Positions 51,358 through 62,227 of a DNA stretch of 64,000 nucleotides are shown here, one piece after another (positions within the stretch are counted from its first letter, which is position 1; each line of letters begins with the position of its first letter). The notes under the pieces were generated by a model. It was not told the origin of the DNA, searched no databases, and saw only the letters and a program-made list of their open reading frames with translations. The stretch spans positions 704,001 through 768,000 of the forward strand of contig CAWCPV010000003.1 of assembly GCA_963797555.1 (NCBI GenBank). The letters are read 5' to 3'. Source of the DNA: an uncultured Gammaproteobacteria bacterium. Lineage in GTDB: Bacteria > Pseudomonadota > Gammaproteobacteria > CAWCPV01. Made by a program: the position numbers and the translations under genes.

Positions 51358-54048
51358 ATGAACCGCCACGTCAATGCCATCGCCGGGCGCCTCTCGCTGC
51401 GACCTCCGCAGCGGCGGTCGCTGGAGATCCTGGACCGCATTACGGAGATCGTCCCGCCGAAGAAAGGGGCGGACGTGGCCGCCGCCCTCGCCGCGATCCA
51501 TGCCGAGTTTCCGACCGTGACGGACTTCGAGCGCGAGTTCCCCTCGCTGTGCTTTGCGCTGGCCACCGGCGTCGGCAAGACGCGGCTCATGGGCGCCTTC
51601 ATCAGCTATCTGCACCTCGCGCACGGCATCGACAACTTCTTCGTGCTCGCGCCGAACCTGACCATCTACAACAAGCTCGTCACTGATTTCACACCCGGCA
51701 CGCCGAAGTACGTGTTCAAGGGAATTGCAGAGTTCGCCACGGACGCCCCGGCGGTCGTCACCGGCGACGACTACGAGTCGCGGGCGCGGACGCTTTTCGA
51801 CGAGTTCATCCGCTGCAAGGTGAACATCTTCAACATCTCGAAGATCAACACCGAGGTGCGCGGCGGCAAGTCGCCCCGCATCAAGCGTCTGTCGGAATAC
51901 ATCGGCGAGAGCTATTTCGACTACCTCGCGGGCCTGCCCGACCTCGTGCTGCTGATGGACGAGTCGCACCGCTACCGGGCCTCGGCCGGCGTTCGGGCGA
52001 TCAACGAGCTGAAGCCGCTGCTGGGTCTCGAGCTGACCGCGACGCCGTTCGTGGAGACGAGTAAAGGCTCCGTGGCGTTCAAAAACGTCGTACTCGACTA
52101 TCCCCTCGGGCGGGCCATGGCGGACGGCTTCGTAAAGGAACCAGCCGTCGTCACGCGCAAGAACTTCAATCCGGCGGGCATGTCGCCGGACGCGATCGAG
52201 CGCCTGAAGCTCGAAGACGGCCTGCACCTGCACGAGCAAACGAAGGTGCTTCTGGAGACCTACGCGCGCGAGACCGGCGAGCCGATCGTAAAGCCGTTCG
52301 TGCTGGTCATCGCCCGGGACACGACCCACGCCGCCCAGTTGATGCAGTTGATCCAGCGGGATGACTTCTTCGAGGGCCGCTACAAGGACAAGGTCCTCCA
52401 GGTGGACTCGAGCAGGACCGGGGTGGAGGAAGACGCGATGGTCCAGCGTCTGCTGAAGGTGGAGCACACGGGTGAGCCGACAGAGATCGTCATCCACGTG
52501 AACATGCTCAAGGAAGGATGGGACGTGACCAACCTCTACACCATCGTCCCGCTGCGCGCGGCCAACGCGCGCATCCTGATCGAGCAATCCATCGGGCGTG
52601 GATTGCGCCTGCCCTACGGCAAGCGCACCGGCGTTCCGGCCGTGGACCGGCTCAACATCGTGGCCCACGACAAGTTCCAGGAGATCATCAACGAGGCGAA
52701 CCGGCCCGATTCCCCGATCCGGCTGCAGGCCGTCGTGCTCGCTCCCGAGGACCTCGGGCAGAAGACCAAGACGGTGGTCTCGCAGTCCACGCTCGCGAAC
52801 AAGTTGGGGATACGGCCAGCGCAGGCGACGACAGCCACCGAGGTGGCGGGCGGCGATGAGGCGCCTGCGTTCCAGACACCGGAGGAGCAGAAGGTCGCGC
52901 AGATCACCTATGAGGTCATCCGCAAACTGGAAAACCGGCCGCAGACGCTGCAGAGCGTCTCGCACTTGGCCCGGCCCGAGGTGCAGGCCGAGGTCATCCA
53001 GGAGGTGGCGGCGCAGTATCGTCCCGCGCAACTGGAGCTGGAGGGCGTCACGAAGCCGCCGGACATCGCCGCAGTGGTGGCGAAGACCACCCAGTTGGTC
53101 ATCCAGCAGACCATCGATATTCCCCGCATCCTCGTGGTTCCCAAGGGCGAGGTGCGATCCGGTTTCAAGCCGTTCGCGCTCGAGCTGAGCACACTCAACT
53201 ATCAGCCTCCTTCCGAGGAGATCTGGATCCAGTATCTGCGGACCGGCGGAACGGAAGTGGTAGGCCTCGGCAAGGGCGGCATCGAAGAAGCGCGGCTGGA
53301 GGATTACATCGTCAGCGGCCTGGTGGACTTCGACGACGTGGCCTACGACAGCCACGCCGATCTGCTCTACGACCTGGCGACACAGACCGTGCAGCACTTT
53401 CGGGCTTATCTGTCCGAACAGGACACGCGCAGAGTGCTGCGGCTGCACCAGCGGGAAATTGCCCGCTTCATCCACGTGCAAATGCAGCAGCACTATTGGG
53501 AGGAAGCGGTCGGCTACGAGGTGGTGGTGAGCAAGGGTTTCACCGAGCTCAAGTCGAGCGCCTACGCGGCCTCCGCCACCGAGCCGCCGCTGGATTACCG
53601 GCAATCACCCGCGGACAAGACCAACATGGCGAAGTATCTTTTCGGCGGCTTCGAACGGTGCCTCTACCCGGTGCAGAAGTTCCAATCCGAGGCCGAGCGT
53701 GTCCTCGCCGTCATCCTCGATCGAGAAACGCAGAAGTGGTTCAAGCCCGCCAAAGGGCAGTTCCAAATCTTCTACAAATCCGGCGCCGACCACCTGGAAT
53801 ACCAGCCCGATTTCGTAGCCGAGACCAAGGACTCCATCTACATACTGGAGCCAAAGGCCAGGAATCAAATGCAGGATGCCGACGTTTTGGCGAAGCGCGA
53901 TGCCGCAGTGAAGTGGTGTCAGCGAGCCAGTGAGCACACGGCTGCGCACGGCGGCAAACCTTGGACGTATGCGCTCATACCGCACGACCTCATCGCAGCC
54001 AACATGACGGTCGCTGGGCTCGTAGGTGCATCGGGCGTCAGCGGATAA
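51358..54048 (+). CDS. res: Type III-like restriction endonuclease Res
   Basis: LATGVGKT, MDESH, LTATP, LKEGWD, EQSIGRGLR; C-terminal YQPDF..LEPK nuclease motif. Confidence 0.9.
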   Translation: MNRHVNAIAGRLSLRPPQRRSLEILDRITEIVPPKKGADVAAALAAIHAEFPTVTDFEREFPSLCFALATGVGKTRLMGAFISYLHLAHGIDNFFVLAPNLTIYNKLVTDFTPGTPKYVFKGIAEFATDAPAVVTGDDYESRARTLFDEFIRCKVNIFNISKINTEVRGGKSPRIKRLSEYIGESYFDYLAGLPDLVLLMDESHRYRASAGVRAINELKPLLGLELTATPFVETSKGSVAFKNVVLDYPLGRAMADGFVKEPAVVTRKNFNPAGMSPDAIERLKLEDGLHLHEQTKVLLETYARETGEPIVKPFVLVIARDTTHAAQLMQLIQRDDFFEGRYKDKVLQVDSSRTGVEEDAMVQRLLKVEHTGEPTEIVIHVNMLKEGWDVTNLYTIVPLRAANARILIEQSIGRGLRLPYGKRTGVPAVDRLNIVAHDKFQEIINEANRPDSPIRLQAVVLAPEDLGQKTKTVVSQSTLANKLGIRPAQATTATEVAGGDEAPAFQTPEEQKVAQITYEVIRKLENRPQTLQSVSHLARPEVQAEVIQEVAAQYRPAQLELEGVTKPPDIAAVVAKTTQLVIQQTIDIPRILVVPKGEVRSGFKPFALELSTLNYQPPSEEIWIQYLRTGGTEVVGLGKGGIEEARLEDYIVSGLVDFDDVAYDSHADLLYDLATQTVQHFRAYLSEQDTRRVLRLHQREIARFIHVQMQQHYWEEAVGYEVVVSKGFTELKSSAYAASATEPPLDYRQSPADKTNMAKYLFGGFERCLYPVQKFQSEAERVLAVILDRETQKWFKPAKGQFQIFYKSGADHLEYQPDFVAETKDSIYILEPKARNQMQDADVLAKRDAAVKWCQRASEHTAAHGGKPWTYALIPHDLIAANMTVAGLVGASGVSG

Positions 54049-54160
54049 CAAAGCCCCACCATCCTCTGCTACCGGTCGTCAGTCGCTGCCCTTGATGGCG
54101 CGCCCATGCGAGTGCCGGAGATAGCGAAGAAAATGCCGCCACAGAACCGGTGGCGGCGCT

Positions 54161-54228
54161 GGGCGTGCTGCGGACGTGCCGAATGGCTGTCCTGCCATTC
54201 GGTCGCTCCTCGCCTATCTGCTGGACAG
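54161..54228 (-). repeat. Dispersed GGA-hairpin repeat, copy D (partial)
   Basis: GAGCGACCGAATGGCAGGACAGCCATTCGGCACGTCC on minus strand. Confidence 0.75.
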
Positions 54229-54807
54229 GTAGCGCCCCCGCGCTCCGTGCACGCTGTTCTCGGGCGGCCCGGACGCGTCTGCACTGGCCGCGGCCCGTGT
54301 CGGCTCGCCGACACATGTTACCTCGACCGGGGCCAGACCCAGCACCTTCAGCGCCCGCGCGGCCCCGTAAGAGAGGTCGATGAGTCGCCCCGGCCGGAAC
54401 GGCCCGCGGTCGTTCACCAGCACCTCCAGGCTGCGGCCGTTCCTCAGATTCGTCACCCGCACCCAGGTGGGCAGGGGGAGCGTGCGGTGCGCCGCCGTCA
54501 GCCGCTGGGGATCGAAACGAGTGCCCATCGCGGTACGCCGGCCGGACTCCCAACCGTACCAGGACGCCAGCCCGCGCGCCCGGTAGCCCTCGGCGCTCGT
54601 CAGCGGGTAATACGTCCGGCCGTGGACCGTATAGGGACGGTTGTAAGCGGGACGGTTGTAAGCGGGCTTCGGACCGCCCGGCTCCGCCTCGCGCGGGGGA
54701 GGCGCCGAAGCACAGCCGGCGCACAGGCAAACCAGACAGATCGGTGCCAGCAAACGCTGAACGCGCGTCGTCCGCGGCCCGCTGACCCTCCTCCACTGCG
54801 CCCGCAT
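54214..54807 (-). CDS. rlpA: RlpA-family septal lytic transglycosylase lipoprotein
   Basis: Lipobox LCAGC; [27 protein letters not shown]. Confidence 0.88.
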   Translation of the reverse strand: MRAQWRRVSGPRTTRVQRLLAPICLVCLCAGCASAPPPREAEPGGPKPAYNRPAYNRPYTVHGRTYYPLTSAEGYRARGLASWYGWESGRRTAMGTRFDPQRLTAAHRTLPLPTWVRVTNLRNGRSLEVLVNDRGPFRPGRLIDLSYGAARALKVLGLAPVEVTCVGEPTRAAASADASGPPENSVHGARGRYLSSR

Positions 54808-55169
54808 GGTTGTGCCCTCCCCGGCCTGAGGCGCTCGCGTGCGGCATCTCGCGCCTGCGGTGCGGTGTCGATTTTAACGCGATATCCGTCAAAATGCTTC
54901 TAACGCCGCATTTTTGTTTACCATTCGTCATCGGTCACGGCACGACGAGCGGATCGCGCGCACCGCTGCGACTCGACGAAAAAGCCGTAGCCCACGCGGA
55001 ATCCCGCATCACCGCTTGAGCCGGGGTCGGGCAAGTCGCACTACGGTGATATGCTTCTGCTCATAGGAGGAGCATCTGCCCCAGAGCCTTCGTTGCCCCT
55101 GTCTGTCGAAAGGCAGGTGCCGCGCGACCGCCAATCATGGGGTAGACCCGGCCACTGGAGGAATCACCC

Positions 55170-55430
55170 ATGCGGAACAATTTCTTGGCAGTCGCCGTGC
55201 TCAGCACCGCGGTCGCGGCCGCCCCGGCGGCGGCCCAGCAGGGACTCTGGACCAAGGAAAACATCGGCAAGGCGGTGGGTGCCGCCGCTGGCGCGCTCCT
55301 CGGCTCCAGGATCGGAGGCGGGTCAGGCAAGCTGGCCGCGGTGACCATCGGTACCCTCGCCGGCTACTGGATCGGCGGCTAAGTGGGCCGCAGACTCAGC
55401 CAGAACGACCGCGCCGGAATCGCCCACACC
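55170..55430 (+). pseudogene. Glycine-zipper 2TM surface antigen, truncated
   Basis: Signal peptide plus GAAAGALLGSRIGGGSG; stop at 55380, then IS110 end. Confidence 0.7.
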
Positions 55431-56930
55431 TCTCTCAAGAAACAGAACTGTAGGCAGCCGTTTTCATGCGGCTGCTCCTATCGGGTTGATTGGGAAGCCC
55501 AGCGCAGTGGCGCGGCGCTTAAGGGCGGCGATACTGCGTTCGCGCTGGTGCTGCTCGTAGCGCTGCTGGCCCTGATCGACGAAGGTCTCGCCGCGGGTGA
55601 GCATGAAGTACACCATGCGCGCGAGCTTGTGTGCGGTGGCGGTGTTGGCGCGGGGCTTGTCCATCCGGGCGCATAGCCGACGGTAGAGCGCCCCGAGCGC
55701 CGAGTCGCTGTGCGCCAAGCTCATCGCGGCCATCTTCAGCGCCTGACGTACTCGGTTGGCCGAGCGCTGGGTGCGCGCCGACAACACCTTGGCGCCGCTG
55801 ATCTTGGTGGCCGGGCACAGTCCGAGCCAGGAGCAGAAGTGCTTGAGGCTTTCGAACCGCTCCAAGTCGGTGCCGATCTCGCTCCAGATCTTCATCACCG
55901 AGTCCAGCCCCAAGCCGTTGATGCGCGTGAGGTCGGCACCCGCCCAGTTGGCGAGGTGCTGGCGCACGTCGAACTGCGCTCGCGCCCTGCTACCGGCGCG
56001 CGGCGCTTTACCCAAATCGACGCTGACGGCTCGGCGAGCAGCGCTTGCAGCTTGAGATCGCACTCTCGAAGATGCTGCGCGATGTCCTCATACATCCCCA
56101 GCGCCTGCTTGAGCACGAACAGGTGCTCCTCGCGCCAGTTGCCCGTCAGCGCTCGCGCGATGTCTTGCTCGCTGGCCCGGATGCGCCGGCTGACGGTGCC
56201 GCGCCAGCACCCGCGCATCGCGCTGGCCGGACACAATGTCGCCGATGATCGCCTGGCCCATCACGTCGCTGATGACCTCGGTGAGCTGGATGTTCATCTG
56301 CACTAGCGCCTTTTGCATGCGCTGCACCCAACTGGCCTGCTCGGTGAGCCGCGGGTCGCAACGCTGCGCGCAGCAGCCCATGGCTCATGAGCTTTTGCAG
56401 CCACTGGCAGTCCTGCACGTCGCTCTTGCGCCCCGGCACGTACTTCACCTGCCGCGCATCAACCCGCCACACCTTCAAGCCGCGGCTCTCCAACACCTCC
56501 TACACCGGGACCCAGTACCCCCCAGTGGACTCCAGCGCCACCCCATCGACCCCGCAGGCGAGTAGCCAGTCGGCCAGGGCGTTGAGGTCATCGGTCATCG
56601 TAGCGACTTCGCGCACCGGGGCATCGCTGCGATGCGCAGGCACTGCCACCCAGTGACTCGATGCCCCTACCTCCACCGCCGCCGCGTTGGGAAAAACCTC
56701 CTCTTCTCGCTTGCGCATCGCCATGGCCTGCTCCACTATCGTTGAGGAACGGCCTCGATCTCTCAAACGGGATGCGGCTCGCGCCGCTCACCCATGTCAC
56801 CGACGATTCCCGGACCACGCTCAGAGACGAGCTCGCACCAAGGCGTCGGCTAACGCCGCGGGCTCGCACCCATGACGTGTCGGTCATCTCGGCGCTTTCA
56901 TACTCCCCGGCTCCTCGTCCCGGGTCTCAC
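55430..56930 (-). mobile_element. IS110-family element (ends approximate)
   Basis: Transposase remnant plus ~200 bp non-coding leader; truncates the glycine-zipper gene. Confidence 0.65.
55464..56724 (-). pseudogene. IS110-family transposase, multiple frameshifts
   Basis: VALESTGGYW, GRKSDVQDCQWL, SWLGLCP..ISG, TATAHKLAR. Confidence 0.88.
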
Positions 56931-57242
56931 AGTCTGCTCCGCGGGCCTTCGGCGAAGGCGGGTGCATCCCTGCCGAGACAACGGGCTGGTCCGAGGCGCC
57001 GCTGGAGCCCCGGCCCGAGCGAGCGAGGCCCGTGTGTGCGGCAACCCGTTGCCACCGCCCACGGGGTCGACTAAAGTTAGCCGTTGAAGGGCGTGTGGAA
57101 ACGCACCTTTCAGCGCAACTGGCGCTGCGATAATGTCGTGCGCGGGTGGGTGTGTTCCTGCCTCGCCGATGTGCCGCTGCGCCAAGCCAGGGAGGGCGTC
57201 CTAATCGAGAGTTCCCGGGCATCGGGGTGAGCCGATACGACC

Positions 57243-58584
57243 ATGGCGCCGTTCTGGAAACGACGTTCTACAGCCAGCACGCCTTCGCAGTCCGAGAAGC
57301 TAATCGACAGCCACCTGGTGCGGCCCGGGGTGTTCGTGGCGCGCCTTGACCGGCCGTGGACCGAAACGCCCTTCCTGTTGCAGGGCTTCCTGGTCCGCAC
57401 ACAGGACGAGGCCAATGATCTCCCGGCAGTACTGCAAGTACGTGTACATCGATACCCAGCGCGGTGCCGACGTAGGGGATATCACCCCGCCCACGGAGCC
57501 AGAGGCGCCGGAGGTGTACGGCCACATGACCCCGGGGCGTGCCCAGGGCGACGCCGCCGCCGGACCGGCGGTGCGCCACGTAGCGGAGGAGCCGCGCCAC
57601 ATCATCGGACCCTATCCGGTCAGCATGGAGGAAGAGGTTCATCGGGCGCTCGACCTCCACAAGAACACGCAGGCGATCGTGAACAACATCCTGGAGGATG
57701 CCCGCCTTGGCAAGAGCATCGATTCTCCGGCGGCCAAGGCCGTCGTCGCAGAGCTGGCCGAGAGCATCCTGCGCAACCCTGATGCTCTGACGTTTCTCAC
57801 CCAGTTGCGCGCGAAAGGCGAGTACCTGATATTCCACTCTCTGAACGTCTGCGTCTTCTCCCTGGTTTTCGGGCGCCACCTCAATTTCTCCGTGGACGAC
57901 CTGCGAGTGTTGGGATTGGGAGGGCTGCTGCACAACGTCGGGTATGTCACGCTGCCGACCGATCTCCTCAACAAGCCGGGAGAGCTCACGCCGGAGGAAT
58001 TCCGGCAGATGAAGGGCCATGTCGAAGAGGGAATATCGATACTGCGTAAGGCCCAAGGCATTCCCGGCACCGTGCTGGAAGGCGTTCGGGACCATCACGA
58101 GCGTCTGGATGGCAGCGGCTACCCTCAGGGACTACAGGGCCAGGAAATCAGCCTCTACGGCATGGCGACCGCCATCCTCGACACCTACGACGCCTTGACC
58201 ACGGACCGGCCATGGCGACCGGGAGTGACGGCTGCGGAGGCCCTTCGACAGCTCTACCAGGGACGCGAGAAAAAATTCCATGAGGGCTTGGTGCTGCAAT
58301 TCATCCAGTGCATCGGGATCTATCCGGTCGGGAGTCTGGTGGTGCTCAGTACCGGCGATACCGGCGCCGTGGTGGCCTCCGATCCGCGTTACCGCCTACA
58401 GCCCAAGGTGCGGCTGATATTCGACCGCGACGGTCATCGCTACGATACGCCAGTGATGGTGGACCTGCTTCATCAGCAGGTTTCGGCGGGGGTCAGCCCC
58501 ATCACTATCAAGTCCGCCCTCCATCCCGCAGAATGCGGACTGAGTATGGCGGAGGTGGCGCAGCTCGCGTTGCCCCCGTCATGA
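57243..58584 (+). CDS. DUF3391/HD-GYP domain protein (frameshift near 57420; HD appears as HN)
   Basis: LDRPWTETPFLLQGF; HSLNV, LLHNVG, HHERLDGSGYPQGL. Confidence 0.85.
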
Positions 58585-59363
58585 ATCGAGACGCTGGCTC
58601 AGGCGCTGCGCAAGCCGGGCGAGGCGTCTGGAGGAAAGCGAGTAAAGGCGGTCGACGGCTTCGTTGAACCGGGTTCCGGTAACGGCGCTGAAGGACCACA
58701 CGCTGGCCGGAGCACGCTGCGAACGTCACGGAACGGGAACGATGCATTCACGGAGATGTCATCCGGCGGGCGTACAAATCAGGTGTTCCTACACCCGTCG
58801 TCCCACCGCCAGCGCTTGAATGCCCAGCCCTCAATCACGCCGCCCCCCACTTGCCCGAGGCACGACAATGAAACAGGACCCAATCGGCCCTCTTCAACAC
58901 CCGACGACCAACGAGCCGGTATCCCCGGCGCATGGCTGCTGGGACCCATCGGTGTCCAGCGAATGGCAAGGTGTTCTGACGGCGCACGATCAAACGGAGC
59001 GGTACGCCGCGCTCATCACCCGGGTCGCCGCTGCTCGCATCGGAATCGCCTGCCTGGAGGCAGACGCCGTGTAGCCCGCGGAGAAGGCGCACACCGCGAC
59101 TCGGCGCGGGCCGATCCTGCCTTCAGCGTCGCGGGGCGGGGACAGGCCGTGCAGTCCGCCCGCGACCGAGCTGGGGCGGTCGGTCCAGATATGCGCGCCG
59201 GAGACGCGGGGCGGTGTTGGCAGCAACGCCGTTATCGGGACCCGCAGCAGCTCGATTTACAAGGTCTCGCTCCATCCCAGCCGTTCCGGGGTCAGCTCCT
59301 TAACCCATCGCCGCCCGGCTGTTATCATGCGCCGGTACCAGCACGAAACCAGCTCGCCGAGGC

Positions 59364-60852
59364 ATGCCCACCGCAGGTCACACCCATCACGAGCCGCTCG
59401 GGGCACCACGGCGCCTGGCGTACCGGCTCGCAGCGATCGGCATCATGTTCGCACCCTTCGCCACCACCGAGGCGTTTGCCGAAGACGGGCCCAACCTGCT
59501 CGATCTGACGGCAACGCCGCACGCCATCGCGTCCCTCGCCATTTTCGCTGTCGCCTATCTGCTGGTGATGGGAGAGGAGTTCCTGCACCTGCGCAAGTCC
59601 AAGCCCGTCATGGTCGCGGCCGGGCTCATCTGGGTGCTGGTGGCGTTGGCGTATGCCGCGCATGGCGACACGCATACGGCCGGTCAGGCGGTGCGCCACA
59701 ATCTGCTGGAATACGCGGAGCTGCTGCTGTTCCTGCTCGCGGCGATGACCTACATCAACACCATGGAGGAACGCCAGGTGTTCAGCGCCCTGCGTGCCTG
59801 GCTGGTGTCGCGCGGCCTGTCTCTGCGGGCGGTGTATTGGTCCACCGGTGTCCTGACCTTTTTCATCTCCCCCATCGCCGACAACTTGACCACGGCCCTG
59901 TTGATGGGCGCCGTAGTCACGGCGGTAGCCGCCGGCAACCGCCCTTTCATGACGCTGGCCTGCATCAATGTGGTCGTGGCCGCCAACGCGGGTGGTGCCT
60001 TCAGCCCGTTCGGCGATATTACGACCCTCATGGTCTGGCAGAAGGGCGTAGTGCATTTCCAGCAGTTCTTTGCGCTGTTCATTCCGTGCACCGTGAATTG
60101 GTTGGTCCCGGCCCTGCTCATGTCGTTCGCATTGCCCGGCGGAAAGCCGGTACAGGCGGGGCAGCAGGTCACAATCCGCCAGGGCGGCCTGGTCATCATC
60201 GGGCTGTTTCTGCTGACTATCACCCTGGCGGTCGTCTTCTACAACTTCCTGCATCTTCCCCCGGTGGTCGGCATGATGACCGGACTCGGCCTGCTGAAGT
60301 TCTACGGCTACTACCTCGAGCGCACCGACGTGCCCGGGCCCGCCGCGGAGGGCATGTCCAGCGAAGCCGGCAGCGTCGTGGCTACGACGCAGCGCTTCGA
60401 ACGTCTTCCACGGCATGCAGCGGGCGGAGTGGGACACCCTGATGTTCTTCTACGGTGTGGTGCTGTGCGTGGGCGGGCTAGGCACCCTCGGCTACCTCGC
60501 GCTGCTGTCCGAGACCTTCTACGGTCACCTGGGCCCCACTACCGCCAATGTCTTGGTGGGCCTCATCTCCGCCGTCGTCGACAACATACCCGTCATGTTC
60601 GCGGTGCTCAGCATGACGCCGGACATGTCCACGGGGAACTGGCTGTTGGTCACGCTAACCACGGGCGTGGGCGGCTCCCTGCTCTCCATCGGCTCCGCGG
60701 CCGGCGTGGCGCTCATGGGTCAAGCGCGCGGTATCTACACCTTCTTCGTCCACTTGCGCTGGAGCTGGGCTATCGCCTTGGGCTATGCGGCGAGCATCTA
60801 CGCGCACACGCTGCTCAACGCGGCTGCGATGCAATCACCGGTGGTGCCATAG
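59364..60852 (+). CDS. nhaD: Na+/H+ antiporter NhaD (frameshift near 60395)
   Basis: LHLRKSKP, SPIADNLTT, AFSPFGDITT, EWDTLMFF, VDNIPV, GGSLLSIGSAAG. Confidence 0.9.
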
Positions 60853-60876
60853 GTTCGGCCGGCCCCGCATCCCCCG

Positions 60877-61662
60877 ATGATGCTCGCGTCCTATCTGGTG
60901 CTGGGCGCCATGGCCGGTCTGCTCGCGGGTCTCCTGGGTGTCGGCGGGGGCCTCATCATCGTCCCAGTGCTCGCGCTGCTGTTCTCCGTACAGGGCTTTT
61001 CGGACCAGCACCTCATGCATCTCGCCATCGGCACCTCCCTCGCGACCATCGTCGTGACCGCGCTGTCCTCGACCCTCGCACACCAGCGCCGCGGGGCGGT
61101 CCACTGGTCGGCATTTCGGGGCCTGTCACTGGGTATCTTGGTGGGCGCCGGGGCCGGGGCACTGTCGGCCGACCGTCTGTCCGGGCCCATGCTGCGCGCG
61201 CTCTTCGGAGTGTTCGAGCTGGTGGTGGCCGCTCAACTGGCGATCGACCGCGTACCGCGAGCACACCGCACCCTGCCGGGTGGCGTGGGCCTCGGAGTGA
61301 CGGGCGCGGGCATCGGCGCGGTCTCCGCGGTGCTTGGCATCGGCGGTGGAACTATGACGATGCCGTTCCTGCTTTGGTGCAACGTCCCCGTCCGCCAAGC
61401 AGTGGGCACGTCCGCCGCGTGCGGTCTGCCGATCGCTGCTGCCGGGACGCTCGGCTTCATAATCTCGGGCCACGACGCGAGCGGACTGCCCCCCGGCGCT
61501 ATCGGCTACGTATACGCGCCTGCCGTCGCGGCCATCGTCGCGGCGAGCGTGCTGGGCGCTCCGCTCGGCGCATCGCTGGCGCACAAGGTGCAACCCAGCA
61601 CGTTGAGGCGCGGGTTCGCCCTTTTCCTCGCGGCCTTGGGCGCCCGGATGCTCGTCCGATAG
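60877..61662 (+). CDS. TauE/SafE (TSUP) family transporter
   Basis: GLLGVGGG..VP, GTSLA, GIGGG, AVGTSAA. Confidence 0.88.
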   Translation: MMLASYLVLGAMAGLLAGLLGVGGGLIIVPVLALLFSVQGFSDQHLMHLAIGTSLATIVVTALSSTLAHQRRGAVHWSAFRGLSLGILVGAGAGALSADRLSGPMLRALFGVFELVVAAQLAIDRVPRAHRTLPGGVGLGVTGAGIGAVSAVLGIGGGTMTMPFLLWCNVPVRQAVGTSAACGLPIAAAGTLGFIISGHDASGLPPGAIGYVYAPAVAAIVAASVLGAPLGASLAHKVQPSTLRRGFALFLAALGARMLVR

Positions 61663-61711
61663 CCCTGTCAGGCACCTGACAGGGCCCGCATCCACGACGC
61701 TTCAGTAGCCG

Positions 61712-62023
61712 TTAGTAGCCGTCGGAGAAAGTGGCGTCGCCCAGTGGGCGGTTGAACGTGAACTGGGCAGGCTGCGCCACGAGTGTATTCCATGCCTGCT
61801 GCGTATTACCCCCCGCCGCGCTGAACGGGAGCGAGACGACGTAGGCCACCCCACCGATGAGGGTGGCTACGAACCCCGCGGGACGCAGCACCAGCGCGTC
61901 CACGATCATTCCCACGCCGGTAGGCGCTGGATTTCCGGACATCGACTCCGAACGCGCCGTCCCGGCAGACGCCAGGGACGCTGCGATAGCCAGAGCCATC
62001 AACACACGCTTGAGAGCGCACAT
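61712..62023 (-). CDS. Small exported/membrane hypothetical protein
   Basis: Signal peptide; DALVLRP..SLPFSAAGGN..FTFNRPLG. Confidence 0.7.
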   Translation of the reverse strand: MCALKRVLMALAIAASLASAGTARSESMSGNPAPTGVGMIVDALVLRPAGFVATLIGGVAYVVSLPFSAAGGNTQQAWNTLVAQPAQFTFNRPLGDATFSDGY

Positions 62024-62227
62024 CGTTCTCCCCTCCTATACCATCCCCATCGACCGCCCCCACTCCGAACGCGCCATGGCGTCATCGCGAAAGTGGGCAG
62101 CGCAATCATTATTTCAAAAGGGTGGCCGCGGCGCCAGATAATCGCGGGCCGTTGGCCCCGCTTGATGCCCTGCCACACCTCCGGGGGGCGGCGCCTCGAC
62201 TGCCGGCGGCTGGTATGATAGCGCCCC

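Noticed and set aside
54634-54665. 15-bp tandem repeat in rlpA (PAYNR x2)
   Set aside because: In-frame linker duplication with no wider significance
59075-59363. Na+/Li+ riboswitch upstream of nhaD
   Set aside because: Only a loose GGTCGGTCC resemblance; consensus could not be matched by eye and needs an Rfam scan
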